Part shown: one piece after another, positions 41,761 to 56,140 of the stretch
How positions within the stretch are numbered: position 1 is the first letter of the stretch
Layout: each line of letters starts with the position of its first letter
DNA from: Selaginella moellendorffii
Taxonomy: Eukaryota > Plantae > Lycopodiophyta
Direction of reading: 5' to 3'
DNA: 64,000 bases
NCBI RefSeq assembly: GCF_000143415.4
Contig: NW_003314268.1
Span: 3,356,559 to 3,420,558, forward strand
Position numbers and translations under genes: made by a program
The notes under the pieces: generated by a model
The model's input: only the letters and a program-made list of their open reading frames with translations
What the model was told of the DNA's origin: nothing
Database searches by the model: none

Positions 41761-42555
41761 TTTTAAACACGTATACTGAACATGGTTCTTTTGAGATGAT
41801 CAACATAGTGATAACTAAGCTTCCAAGGTTTTAATCTAGTTGCTGTGAATTCCATGCTTGGGGCATTTTGTAAAGATTTCTTTGGTGAAATGGCTGTAAA
41901 AGACATAGTTTCGTAGATGACCATGTTGTTTGGGTTTACAAGTTCCAAGCCTTTGAAGAGTGTTGCTGCCTTTTTTATTTCTGTTTACTATTATTTATTA
42001 AACTTAAATATTTTAGGATATATTCATTTAGACAAATTATGTATTTGTAATTTATAAACTTTCCTAAACACTTCAGTTTATGTGATGATTAATATTAATT
42101 TTGTGTCTAAACACATTTGATTATATTTTAGATATATCAAAAACAAGAAAGACGCCTTATACTTAAATATTAGGTTTCAAGAGTCGATCAGCCCATTCTT
42201 GAGGGACTCCAAAGCCATGAAACTGTAGCACGAACTCTTTCACAGCCTCGTTCACCAGCAAATCAAGAAGTTAGTAATGAAAAAGTATTTCCAAAGAATA
42301 TCTTGACTAGTCCATGGAGAAAGAAAGAAAGAAGGAAGAATTGCGTCTACCTCTTCTAAATCCATTGACAGAGAGATCCTCGGCAAGGCAGAGAAAACCG
42401 CAGCGCCATTGACGTCCCCCTCGATTGCCAAATGCCTGAGGTAAAACAACTCAAAACTCTTATTCCATCCTTTTTAGTTGCTGGAGCTTGGCAGAGGCCT
42501 CGTCCTTGGATTTCTCATCGGGAAAGTCTACCTAGCAGGTATTTTGCTCTTCGCA

Positions 42556-43470
42556 ATGCCGCTCCCTCGAATGCGATCGATCAAGCCATATCTGCCACGG
42601 CTTTCGTCCAGGTAAGCGATCGCGTTGAGTAATGGAGTGATTTTCTTTTTTTTCTAGACGATCCAGAGAGATTTAAAGTACCTCTCCGATCCGGATCGAA
42701 ACACCAGGCGAAAGGCATTGGAGCGCGTTGACAAGCTTATTGGGCCGAGTCTCGTTCTCCAGCCATGCTCCAGGTATTTTTTTCTTTCGCCTTTCTATCT
42801 CCCAAGCAAAAACCAAAGTTTGTTAGATTGTTTGTACTGAAACTGGTCCCTTCACGACCCCGTAGAGAGCTGTCGAGTCGAGATGTAGGATTTTAAGTTC
42901 CAATGCTTCTGTGCTAATTTTGATGCAGGTGGAGCAAACAACCTTTGTGATAGTTCCTGCAATAGCTGAGCGGCTTTCCCTTTGTTTGGATCTGGAAAAC
43001 TTTGTGACAGGGCAACTTCCAGTGCTTGAACATTCCGAAGAGATACGTCTAAGTTTAATCAACTTGCTCAGTGCGATAATTTGTCAATGCTCAGTGGAGA
43101 GTGTTCCTGAGTTCTCTGAGCACATAGCAAGGGTGAGTTCAGTCTTAGTGGTTTTTTCTTTTGTGTTCCAATTGGCTGCTTTTGCAGGTAATCTGCGTGA
43201 CGTTGTTGGATTCGTTTCACGAAACTAAAAAAGCTTCTTGTGTGCTGCTGTCTTGACTATGCAGTCGTACAGGTGTTATAGGTGAGAATGCAGATGCTAT
43301 ACTGAACGCACTTCCAAATATTTTGTATGCTCACTCAAGATGTTGAAAAAACGTTTCAAAGGTTTTCGGTTGTATCTGCACTCAGTGACGTTGTTTTGTG
43401 CAGGTTGTCAGCTCGTATGCTTGCCCAACACGTTGCTCCGGGCGTCAAAGCGGTCATTCTGATACAGTGA
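42556..43470 (+). pseudogene. Truncated HEAT-repeat gene resembling the DNAAF5/HEATR2 N-terminus
   Basis: Exon peptides IQRDLKYLSDPDRNTRRKALE, DPVESCR, EHSEEIRL and DSFHETKKASC, followed by in-frame stops. Confidence 0.55.
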
Positions 43471-43856
43471 GAACGGCACATAAGCATTTTCTTTTCTCTC
43501 CCTGCGACCACGACATAGATATATTTACGAAACAAGAAAAGACTTTCCAACGCACGACAATCAAAATGGCCGCTCACCAGAACGCTGGCTTGATCGTCAG
43601 TAGCAACATTAATTCCCGGCCAAAAACATAAGTTTCTTAGAAGAAAGAGAAGAGAAGAATGCTCCTGCCCACCTCACAGCAACATTCATATGATTTCTAT
43701 ACGAGAGCCCAAGCAAAAGGGTTCAAGCCTGCGTCGCACACAAGATAGGAGATACGAATTTGGAAGATATGTTACCTGACAGCTCGGACCCCGTGAACAC
43801 ACAAAGATGGCAAAAGAAAAATAAGAAACCCTAAAATTGAAAGCCGGATAAGAGGT

Positions 43857-45390
43857 ATGGAGGCGGCGTGGATCGGGCTAGAGGAGGACGGGGGTGGGAA
43901 GGCACTGCTCTTCCCTCTGCACAAATCCAAGCACCTCATGCTGGATGGCATCGCAGCGCACTGGGGGCTGGACCCGTGCACGCTCCGTGCCGCTGACTTG
44001 GCGCTGCTCAAGGACGCCGAGGGCAACTCGGTCTTGTCCCTGGATCAGATCACCTCGTTGCTCTCCTCGCAGCTCAGTCACTCGCAGCTGGGCGACGGCC
44101 TCTCGCAGCAAACCCCTCTTGTCATCACTGGCAAGCGCCGCCGCGATTCCCTCTTTGAAGCCTCGGACACATTTCACGAAACGAAAGTGGGCAAAGCGCT
44201 TGCCGAAGTGGAAGCCAGGAAACAGGAACTCGACCGTCGCAGGCGGATGAATGCAGCGAAAAGTTACGCCATGAAGGAGGAGTTGTACCAGCACAAGAGA
44301 GTTCACAAGTACGTCCTGAAGCTTATGGGCAATTCACCGCCAACTGTGGCGAACGCGCCTCTTCTGCAAGAAAAGGTGGGGAGCATGATTGGCGCGGTGC
44401 ACCTCGTCTCTCGCCAATCGCCGCAGCCGCCGAGCATTGAGAGCCGCACGGGGATGGCGACTCTCATCAGGCCGAATGGCACCTGCTGGACAGCGCTGGG
44501 CTGCGTTGTGCCAGCGTCCAACAGCAGCAAAGGTGCCGACGACGCCATCATGGTCAAGTTTCGGGATGCCCCGTGGTTCGAGTGCAAGATCAGTGCTACT
44601 TACAACGATTCGGTGGCGTGCCTGGAGCCAGTTGATGGCTCCCTCAATCTAAGCTTCGACACCTGCATGTGTGCGGAGAAATGGCGTTGCGAGTTGAAGT
44701 ATGTGGTCACAGTGAGCAGCTACTCGGTGTGGCCGGATCTCATCATGGGCGTCGTAGTTGGCGAAGGGGTGATGATGCCGTGTTCGACTGTCACCGAGCG
44801 GGGAGCTCCAGTTTTCCTTTCTTGCGGATACCTTGCTGGAGTTGTGGTGGCTCCTCAGCTTGGGCGATACCATAAAGGAGGGGTGAGGACGAGTAAGGGC
44901 AGGGAAGTGGAGCTCGCGCCCATTGCAAAGGTGCTGGAGGAACTGGGGAAATCAAAGTACAAGAGCTACCTTGAGGGTGAGTTTGTAGTTATACTACTCT
45001 TTTTTATCATTCGCTAGCTGCATATGTATTTTAGGTGAGACGGATATGATTATGGTTCTCAAAAGCCGCCAGCAGATGCTGGTGGAGTTTGCTCCCATCT
45101 CCTGGAAGCTACCAGAGCAGGAATGGAAGGATAATCATCCTCTGGAAGGTTTGTGTAATGCGTCTTCGTTTTACTTGTTCCTGAAAGCGTTTGTGGTTTT
45201 TGGTACAGAGTTTGCTGAGGCTGCAAAGTCTGTAAAGGGTAGACCGTTGATACCCGGGAAAGCTCCCAGAGGGAAGCTGCGGACGAGGGAAGAGTCGAAG
45301 GCGATTAAAGAGAGAAAAGAGTTGGAGGCAAGACAAGTATTGGCAGCGAGAAAACAAATGGTGAGGACAGTTTATGGAGGCGACGAATGA
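43857..45390 (+). CDS. Uncharacterised ~490-aa protein, possibly a degenerate trypsin-like domain plus a SANT-like tail
   Basis: Long ORF spliced through intron 44977-45034 in frame to 45390; telo-box upstream. Confidence 0.65.
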
Positions 45391-45699
45391 AGGAATTGTC
45401 GTGGAGTGAAATAACTAGTGTTCTGCAAACACTATGGTAAGATTAAGCTAAGTATTTTACTTATTCCCTTGAGGCTTTGTGAATTTGGGCTGAATTACGA
45501 AATGGTCCTGTTTTTTTTTCAATATTTGTTATAAACATTCTTGAAAGTGTTATTATTTACTGTTGTATTTAAAACAGTTAAATACATAGTAGTTTACAAA
45601 TTATACTTTATAAAATTTATATTAATTAATAATAGAAATAAATTACATTTATATTAATTAATGATCTATGTTTGTTATTTTATTTTATCATATTTTTAT

Positions 45700-45900
45700 T
45701 TTAATTTTATAATGTAATATTTTTAGTGATAGTGGATATACTTAAAATACGCTTGAATATTTTGGGATATTCTACCATCTAATGGTTATTATTCATTTAG
45801 ATTAATCTTGTATTTACATTTTATAAAACACTAAAACACTTTTTCATATATTCTATTTTATTCTACCATCTAATGGTTGATATGTAATAAAATTAATCTT
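45700..45900 (+). repeat. AT-rich dispersed repeat
   Basis: Matches 20110-20187 joined to 22513-22560 (tattttgggatrttctaccat...gattaatcttgtattta). Confidence 0.6.
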
Positions 45901-47480
45901 TAATTTATAAATTATAAATATGTTTATGATTATAGCCTTTCAAGCTAAATACAATAAACATTTTTGGGCTTAAAAGATGAGCTTTATAAATAATGCTTTA
46001 ACACTTTAAAGTGTGAAAGAGTAAAGTTACACCATAAAAATAAAGACTCACAATATGGTTATTACAAGGAAACTGTTCAATTACTTAGAAATGCAATTAC
46101 ATGCTTACTCAAAAAGTTCATTGTTAAACATAATACAGATTCATCAATCAAATGCAAATTTTGGAAAATTCACCAAACTTCATTCCAAAATATAATTATT
46201 AAAAATAAATGGCTTGTCTTTATGCCCATAGCTGTGTGATATATATTCATTTAGCTTCATATCTACTTCTCTTCTAGTAAAACTTTCAAAATTCTTAATT
46301 GAATCACATATTAATTAATTGGGTTAATAAATAATATTAAATAGGATTGAGACTACTATTAGGCAAATCAAGTGTTATTGTATGCAATGGATACCAAATT
46401 ATTTTGATATTATATACAGCTTACTTAAAATTAAATTATTATTGATATAGAAATATTCTTAATTATTTATATTAATAAAGGACTAAGATTCATTTAATAT
46501 TACAATCCCAAGCCTCTAAACTTTAAGATTAGGAAATAGTGGGTGATATACCTAAACTGAGTTTGAGTTCATTTTGGATTGAATTTTGTCAACTTTATAT
46601 AAGTAGATATCAGTTATAACTATCATTCAATATGTAATTTTGCTATTATAATTTTTTTGGATGAAATGAACTATTACTTTTTGTATTCATACAAAATATG
46701 ACTTAATGTACTAGATCACCCTAGATCTATAATAGAGTAATACTGCAAATATAATTACAAAGACTTTTATTTGAGTAATAAAAAATTACAATTTTTTTTA
46801 ATTAAAAAAAGTATATTATGAATATTGGGTGGTCTAGATTCAATCCAAATCATATGTTCATATACTAAATTATTAAAATTAATGTATTTATATATATTTA
46901 CATGCATATCTATAATAATAAGGAAGAGTTGCTGAGGTTGCTAGATCCAATCAATGGCAGCTGATAAAAGGGTAAATTTCAAAAAGTTATTTTCTTAACT
47001 ATGTCTTACTGAAATATTTTAATAAAGTTTTATCCTCACCAATATTATCTACCAGAACTTATATACCCATTAAGAATTTAGCTTTAAGTTGTAAATTACT
47101 CTATTTTTACTTTTTATGTGATCATATATAGAACCTTCAAGTAAAATTAAAAACCTATGTGTAAATTGTGATTTTAATTTTAGAGCACTAAAAAGTTATT
47201 CTCAATTAAATTGGCCTGGACATCTTCACCTGACTTCAAAACCAAGTAGAGATTGATTAGGCATAACTAATGTGATTTACTGTAATATGAAGATAATACT
47301 AATAATTCCAAAATACTTTATAGATAAATATAGTAAGTTTTAAAATGTTAGTGGTTTCGTAATTCTCTTTATGAGGAAGTTGTTTATATATTTAGCCAAT
47401 AGCTTCGTGACACGTCGGCTCTACAATGTCATAGCGTGTTTTGCCCTGCTTGATGAGCGCCCTCCAGGAGGAGCTACGAT

Positions 47481-48995
47481 ATGGCGCTGCTCCCTTCCAC
47501 CAATCGCGATCTACAATATGACAATGCCAAGCTTAGGCGGCGCTCGGCCATTCGGGTACGTTTTCTTGCTCTCCCGCTGGATCTAGCTCGATTTGTCGTG
47601 CCCTGAGCTGCCGACGATTGAAATGGATCGAAATCTCCGGGATTTGGAAGCATCAGTGGCAATTGGGCCCGATCCGTGAGAGAATGCGTCGCGCTTCTTC
47701 AATCCAGCATTGTAGGGCTAGGTTTTGATCTCTCTCCGGCCTTCCATTGACTGTTTTTTTTTCCCTCTCGATCCTTCGAGTTTGTTTGTTTCCTCTTTAT
47801 ATAAGTGTGCTTTGGTTTTTGCTCTTTTCTTTTCACTGTAGATTTTTTCTCTCGAGCTCTCAACGTTTGTGTGTCATTTTTTCCTAGCCATTTTGTTTCT
47901 CATTTATTGTTTTTATCGATGTGTTTGGTTTTCTTTCAGGTGGTAGTACGAGCTCTCTTCTCAAGTGGAGTACGAAGGAGGTGCTGCTCGTCATGCGGGC
48001 TAGGACAATTACTCGCACTGCTCATGTTGATGGGTCTCGGGTACCTTGCATTCCTCCAGCCGGATCAATCCGGTCACACAAACAACAAGAGTTTGCTGCG
48101 GAATCTAGGGGGATACAATGGCCACAGGTGGATGAAGGACAGTCCTTTCCTCAAAAAGTTTTGGAGCACACACAGGCTCCCGAACTTACCACCAAAGCTC
48201 CGGCTCGGCCTGCTTCGACAAGTCAGTAGCTCCGGCAACTCTAGCAACCATCAAGAGAACGAGGTGAAGCTGCCATTTATCGCGGAAAGAAACAGCCCCG
48301 AGGAGCTCGTGTGGATAAAACGCCAAGCTGCCGTGGTCGACGCTTTCAAGCACGCGTGGAATGGTTACAAGCAGTTCGCTTTGGGATTCGACGAGTTGCA
48401 GCCAGTGAGTAGAAGAGGTATAAATGGTTTAGGAGGGATTGGAGCCACCGCGATCGACGCTTTAGACACCGCTATGATCATGGGACTAGACGACGTAGTA
48501 GAAGAGGCCGGGGGATGGATAGAAAAGGAGCTCGCGAACAGGTTTAGCCACCAGGGACAGGTAAACTTGTTTGAGACAACCATACGAGTGCTCGGAGGAC
48601 TTTTGAGTGCGTACCATCTAAGCGGAGGTGACACTTCGGTGCCTGGTATAGACGGGAGTAAGAATGGAGTTGCTCTCTCGCCCGGACCGAAGCCCGAGGT
48701 CTATCTGAAGCTAGCGAAGGACTTGGGAGACCGGCTGATGGCCGCTTTTGAGGCGAGTCCGTCGGCGATTCCATTCTCGGACGTGGTTTTGTCGGCGAGA
48801 AGCGCTCATCCGGCTGCCGGTGAGCGTGGAGCGAGCAGCACGTCGGAGGTGACGACTTTGCAGCTCGAGTTTTGGTACTTGAGTAAAGTCACAGGTGATC
48901 CCAAGTATGGAAAGGCTGCAATGCGCGTCTTCGAGCACATCAAGGGACTCCCTAAGCTCGAGGGGCTGGTTCCTATTTACATGAAGTAAGTAAGC

Positions 48996-49028
<33 letters not shown>

Positions 49029-50148
49029 AGTTACTAATAAGGTGAGTGTTTGCTCTTTGCAGCCCGCATTCTGGAACGTTTCAAGGGAACAACATAAGAC
49101 TCGGCTCGAGAGGGGACAGCTACTACGAATATCTGCTCAAGGTCTGGATCCAACAGGGAGGCGTTGGCGATGGACAGGATGTCCAATATCTTCGAGATAT
49201 GTACGACGAAGCAATGGCGGGGGTCAAGCACCTTTTGGTCGCGAAGTCAGTACCAAATGGCCTCACTTTCATAGGCGAGCTTCCGAGTGGAAGAAACGAA
49301 GATTTCAGTCCGAAAATGGATCACTTGGTACGTTTACGTTTCGCATATAGCGCTGTCTTGTTTACTTTTGAGACTGATTCTGCTTCTCCTTGTGCAAGGT
49401 ATGCTTTCTAGCCGGAAATCTTGCTCTAGGAGCAACTCGAGGATTTCCCGAGAAGGATGCCAAGGAGTCCGGATTCTTGAGCGAGAAGGACGTGCAGGAT
49501 CTGGCCCTTGCGAAAGAGCTAGCTAGAACTTGCTACGAGATGTACAACGTGACTACTACCGGACTAGCTCCCGAGATAGCTTACTTTAGAACTGAGGTAA
49601 AGTCTGCCAAGCCTTCATCCTCTTCTTTTCTTCGCTGTCCTCGAAGAGTTTAACACCGGCTTGGAACAGGGCGATCACACGGAAGGCATGGATGGCGGCA
49701 AGCCTAACGCTCAATACAAAGAGGACATCATCATCAAGCCTCTGGATCGTCACAACCTTCTTCGCCCCGAGACGGTGGAGTCTCTTTTTGTATTGTATAG
49801 GATAACTGGCGACTCGATGTAAGTTTTTCTTCCTTTGGAGCGTCTCAAGAGCTTCTCTCTCACTCTTTGCTTACTTCCAGGTACAGGGAATGGGGATGGA
49901 AGATCTTCCAAGCCTTCGAAGCTCACACCAAGATCAGCACCGGTGGCTACAGCAGCATCGACGATGTCACGGTCGCGAATTCTTACAAGCGAGACAAGAT
50001 GGAGACGTTCTTCCTGGGAGAAACGCTCAAGTACTTGTTCCTTTTGTTCGGGGAGGACGATGTTTTGCCGCTCAGCTACTTCGTCTTCAATACAGAGGCT
50101 CATCCCTTGCCAATTACGTGGGAAGGAGCAAACAGCGTTCTCTCATGA
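47481..50148 (+). CDS. MNS3: Class I alpha-1,2-mannosidase (GH47), MNS3-like
   Basis: Exon 1 [22 protein letters not shown]; transmembrane anchor; [40 protein letters not shown] and NTEAHP motifs. Confidence 0.93.
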
Positions 50149-50238
50149 AAAAGAATGAAGAAATTTTTTTTCCTTCCTCTTGCCCCTTTCGCCTTTTAGG
50201 GTTCTTGGGTAGACCTAGGGTTTAGGGCTTTAGGCGCC

Positions 50239-51972
<1,734 letters not shown>

Positions 51973-52082
51973 GCCTCCGTTGCCTTTGATATTGTATTTT
52001 GCTTCCTCTTCTTTTGAACGCCAGCCACCACCTTTTCTACATGAGCTGGAAACTGCTGCAAGAAAGCCCATGCAACGTTAAA

Positions 52083-54905
52083 TCACCAAAGAGTTCCCGG
52101 TATGTGAGTCGGAGGAGCGACCAAGCAATCCAGCCCCAGGCCGAGCGCCGGCTTCCTTCCGTCGCACGAGCACACGCCCTTCTCGATGTGGTGGAACTCA
52201 ACGTAGTCCCTTACGATTATCCTCCTGCCGCGGATCTTGGAGAAGAGCTTGATCGCGTGGTGGCAGTCGGCGCACAGCTTGAGGTTCTTGACCACTCGGA
52301 TGGTGGTGCCGGGCAGCGTGCTCACCAGCCCCAGCACCACGGCCCTCTTGGCGCTGTGGTTCTTCTCCTCCACCTTGCATCCCCGCTCGATGGTCAGCTC
52401 GATGTTTAGCCGGTGGAGCTCCTCGTCAACGGCGGCCGCGTAAGGATGCGCCGCCGTCTCCCCCGCCACGATCTCGTGGATCTGGTTCCTCGTCTCGATG
52501 AAGCACCGCCCGACCTGGCGCTGGATCGAGTTGAGCTTGTCCGAGACGTTGAGCCGCTCCTGCCTGTAAGTCCGGACGCCCGAGTACATGTACGAGAGCG
52601 CGAAGTAGATCCCGGCGTTGTGAGGCTCCGTTTCTAGAGCCTTGTCCGCCGCCACCTTTGCTTTGTCGTAGAGGGTCGAGTGAGTCCGGCACGCCGCCAG
52701 GAGCGTCGTCCAAGTCACGGCGCTCGGCTCGAACGGCATGCTGTCGATGAGCTCCTCGGCCCGGCCCAGCAGCCCCGTCCGGCACAGCAGATCCACCACG
52801 CAGTCGTAGTGCGCCAGCGTCGGACTCACGCCGTAGTCCTGGATCATGTTGGTGAAGTAGCTCCTCCCTTCCTTGAGTTTTCCACTGTGGCTGCAAGCGA
52901 AGAGCGCCGCCAGCAGCGCGACACTGTCCGGCGCCACCCCGTCCAGCTCCATCTCCGTGAACAACCGCAGCGTCTCTCGAAACTCGCCGTGGTGAGCCAG
53001 CGCCAGCATTGCCACCGTCCAAGTCACCACCGTCTTCCTCTCCAGCTTCGCAAACGTTCCCAGCGCGTCCTCGAGGCTGCCACACTTGCCATACATGTTT
53101 ACCAGCGCGACCCCGACCTCCACTTCCTTCTCAAACCCGGCCGGAGCCAGCCTTGCGTGCGCAGCTCGGCCCTGGAGCAGCGCTCCCACCGTCGAGCAAG
53201 CCGTGAGCATCGCCAGGAACGTCAGAGAGTTTGGCTGCGCGTCCATGGAGTGGTAGAGGTTGAGCGCCTCCTTGCCATACCCCCACTGAGCATACGACCC
53301 CATGAGCGCGTTCCAAGTGATCGTGTTCTTGTCCGCCATCCCATCAAAGAGCGACTTTGCAGCGTCGAGCACTCCACACCTCCCATACATGTTGAGCAGC
53401 GCCGTCCCCAGCACCACGTCTGGCTGCTGGATGATCCCACTCACGAGCAGCCGGCTGTGGATCGCTCGTCCCTGGCTGAGAGCCCCGATGCTGGAGCAAG
53501 CGTCGAGAGCACTGATGAAAGTCACCCGGTCGGCCTTCCTCCCCTGCGACTCCATCTCCCTGTAGATCTCAAGAGCTTCCTCGCCGAGGCCGTGCTGTGC
53601 GTAGGCCGCGAGCATCGACGTCATGGTCACCGTGTTCTTGAGCGGCATGGTGTCGAAGACCCTCTTCGCCTCGGCGAGGCAGCCGCACTTCCCATAGGCG
53701 TTGACGAGCGACGAGGCGACGAACACGTCCCACTCCAAGCCCGAGAGCTCCAGCTTCTTGTGGATCCTCCGGACGTCCCCCGCCGCCTCCACGCCGCCGC
53801 AAGCATCGAGGACGTGGAGAAAGGTGACGGCGTCGGCCGCGACCCCCTCGGGATCCATCCGCTGGAAGAGCTCCATAGCGTGGCCGCGATGCCCCTCCTG
53901 GGCATACGCCCCGATGATCACGTTCCACGACACCAAGTTCTTGGCAGTGATCTTCTCGAAGGCCTTCCGCGCCCTGTGGAGCTCCTTGCATCGCCCATAC
54001 ATGTTGACAAGCCCGTTCCCCAGGTGGGTGTGGTGATCCAGTTCCCGGGAAGAGATTTGCGCGTGGATGGCTCTCCCATCGTCGAGAAACTCTGCGCTGG
54101 AGCAGGCGGTGATGGCACTGAGCAGCATCACAGTGTCCGGGGGCTCGCTGGATACGGAGAGAAAGCGCTGGTAGAGCTCGAGCGCTTGGCGGCTATGCCC
54201 ATGGAGCGCATACCCGGAGACCATGGCCGTCCACAGCGCCATCCTCTTGGAATCCACCGAGTAGTCGTCGAAGACGCGCCTAGCATCGTCCAAGCTCCCA
54301 CACTTTGAATACATGTCCACCAGCGCGGTGGCCACCAGATCGTCCTCCTCGCCCGCCACCGCCACCGCCACCTCTCCTCCACCTCCTCGCCGCCACCACT
54401 GGCAATAGCGCTCGTGGAGTTCCCTGCCTTGCGAAAGAAACGCTGAGCCAAGGCGAGCGCAGGCAGAGATGGAGCTTACCAGATTGGAGGCGCTCCTGGG
54501 GACGCCCTCGAGATCCATCCTCTTGCCGATCTCCAGCGCCTCGCGCGGGAGATGGTTGCCCAGGTACGCCGAGAGCATGTTGTTCCAGGTGTAGGGCGTG
54601 CGCACTGGATCGCAGGCGCGGAATGCCGCCTCGGCATCCGCCACGCTGCCGCATCTGCCATACATCTTCACCAGGTAGCTGGCGACGATGGGATCGGCGG
54701 CGCTGCGCTCGAGGAATCCGGATTCCAGGAGGTGCGCGTGCAATCGCCTGCCCTGGGGCAGCGCGCGCTGCTCCAGGCAGCGCCGAAGCAGCGGGATATA
54801 GATTGCGGTACTGCCCGCCTCTCTGCTGCTGCAAATGCGATCGATCGCAGCCTCCAGCGGCTCTTCGATCGGCCTGGTGCCGCCCCTGACGATCGATCGC
54901 GCCAT
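52083..54905 (-). CDS. PLS-class PPR protein with an E domain and a degenerate DYW domain
   Basis: Repeated ALVxMYxKCG and VSWNxxI motifs; WTTLLAACRTH; KNLKLCADCH; FHHIEKGVCSC; intronless, 940 aa. Confidence 0.95.
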   Translation of the reverse strand: MARSIVRGGTRPIEEPLEAAIDRICSSREAGSTAIYIPLLRRCLEQRALPQGRRLHAHLLESGFLERSAADPIVASYLVKMYGRCGSVADAEAAFRACDPVRTPYTWNNMLSAYLGNHLPREALEIGKRMDLEGVPRSASNLVSSISACARLGSAFLSQGRELHERYCQWWRRGGGGEVAVAVAGEEDDLVATALVDMYSKCGSLDDARRVFDDYSVDSKRMALWTAMVSGYALHGHSRQALELYQRFLSVSSEPPDTVMLLSAITACSSAEFLDDGRAIHAQISSRELDHHTHLGNGLVNMYGRCKELHRARKAFEKITAKNLVSWNVIIGAYAQEGHRGHAMELFQRMDPEGVAADAVTFLHVLDACGGVEAAGDVRRIHKKLELSGLEWDVFVASSLVNAYGKCGCLAEAKRVFDTMPLKNTVTMTSMLAAYAQHGLGEEALEIYREMESQGRKADRVTFISALDACSSIGALSQGRAIHSRLLVSGIIQQPDVVLGTALLNMYGRCGVLDAAKSLFDGMADKNTITWNALMGSYAQWGYGKEALNLYHSMDAQPNSLTFLAMLTACSTVGALLQGRAAHARLAPAGFEKEVEVGVALVNMYGKCGSLEDALGTFAKLERKTVVTWTVAMLALAHHGEFRETLRLFTEMELDGVAPDSVALLAALFACSHSGKLKEGRSYFTNMIQDYGVSPTLAHYDCVVDLLCRTGLLGRAEELIDSMPFEPSAVTWTTLLAACRTHSTLYDKAKVAADKALETEPHNAGIYFALSYMYSGVRTYRQERLNVSDKLNSIQRQVGRCFIETRNQIHEIVAGETAAHPYAAAVDEELHRLNIELTIERGCKVEEKNHSAKRAVVLGLVSTLPGTTIRVVKNLKLCADCHHAIKLFSKIRGRRIIVRDYVEFHHIEKGVCSCDGRKPALGLGLDCLVAPPTHIPGTLW

Positions 54906-55329
54906 CGAAAAGCCCTAAACCTCCATAAAATTAAAAACATTGACCTCTAAAAAGGATAAATAATTAAAATTAATGAGCCAAAATTGGTTTTTATTAACTT
55001 TTAACAAATGGAATAATAAGCATGAGAATTAAAAAAACCAAAAGCTGAACAAAATCTATAATTAAGTCATATATAATAATGATCACTAATCTCACAGCAA
55101 TTAATTTCAATGCATAAAAACAATTTATAATGTAACAACATAATGTTCTTTTCAACATATTTATAAACCAAAGCTTCATAATGTGAAAGTTAATGAAAAT
55201 GATTTATATATCAATCCAAAAAACTAACTGTAATAAAGTTATGTTCAACAATTGATCATTAAACTGATCTTTTGTGAACCCATATTCCACATTAAAATTA
55301 TTTCATTTCAATAATAATTAATAATAAAA

Positions 55330-56140
55330 ATCATCAATGATTGATATTTTTAAAATCAAATCCAACAAAGATCCAATAATTCTAATATCAATCATTAACT
55401 CTTTTTGCAAAGTTAGCATAAACTATGATTAAACCACTTTTCAAAGAAAAACCACCTCTACTAAATAACCTCGTTTAAAATCAAGTTGTCATTTGAATAC
55501 TAATATAGTTGCCAATTAGTAATTGCATGAATGCCAATAACACAAATGTAAGATCATCAACATCATTATCACCAAGATTAGCAAAATTAAATGTCAATTT
55601 CTAAGGCTTAATCGACAACTAACGACTTAAATAATTGTAGATGGAAAATTCAACTTCCTTAATAAGCCCTAAAAAAACATCTCATCTCATTCCAATTCTA
55701 ACACTAACAATATTAATGTTAATGCATCATCTACATGTCATCAATATTAGAGTAAAGTTAAAAGAAAGCAGGAGCAAACACCACTTAAATCTCTTTAATA
55801 ATTAAGTTAACCAATATTGATGATACCTTATTTAATATATAAAACTAATTTTTCATCAATACCCAGTTACAAATAACACTTTATTAACTATGTCTAAAAC
55901 TCAATACAATCTAACACCATAAACTAAATACAACCACATAATACTGAAGGAGGTAGAATCTATTTAGTAAGCAAGTCTATCACCACTAAATTATCATTAA
56001 GCTAATAAAAGTATTAACAATCCTTGATTAAATTTACAACCAATCATTAGTCATAAAACAATGAACAACCACTTTTCAACTTGCCTTTATGAAACCCAAA
56101 ACTAAACTCACATTATTGAATCATATATTTATCTAACAAG
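55330..56140 (-). mobile_element. Highly decayed fragment of the LARD-like family
   Basis: Colinear with about 11940-12740 (aatatcaatcattaact..., aaagttaaaagaaagca, ttcaacttgcctt...gaaacccaaa). Confidence 0.7.

Noticed and set aside
52680-54308. 542-aa ORF antisense to the PPR gene, and similar shadows over BRR2
   Set aside because: Expected from high GC3 on the coding strand.
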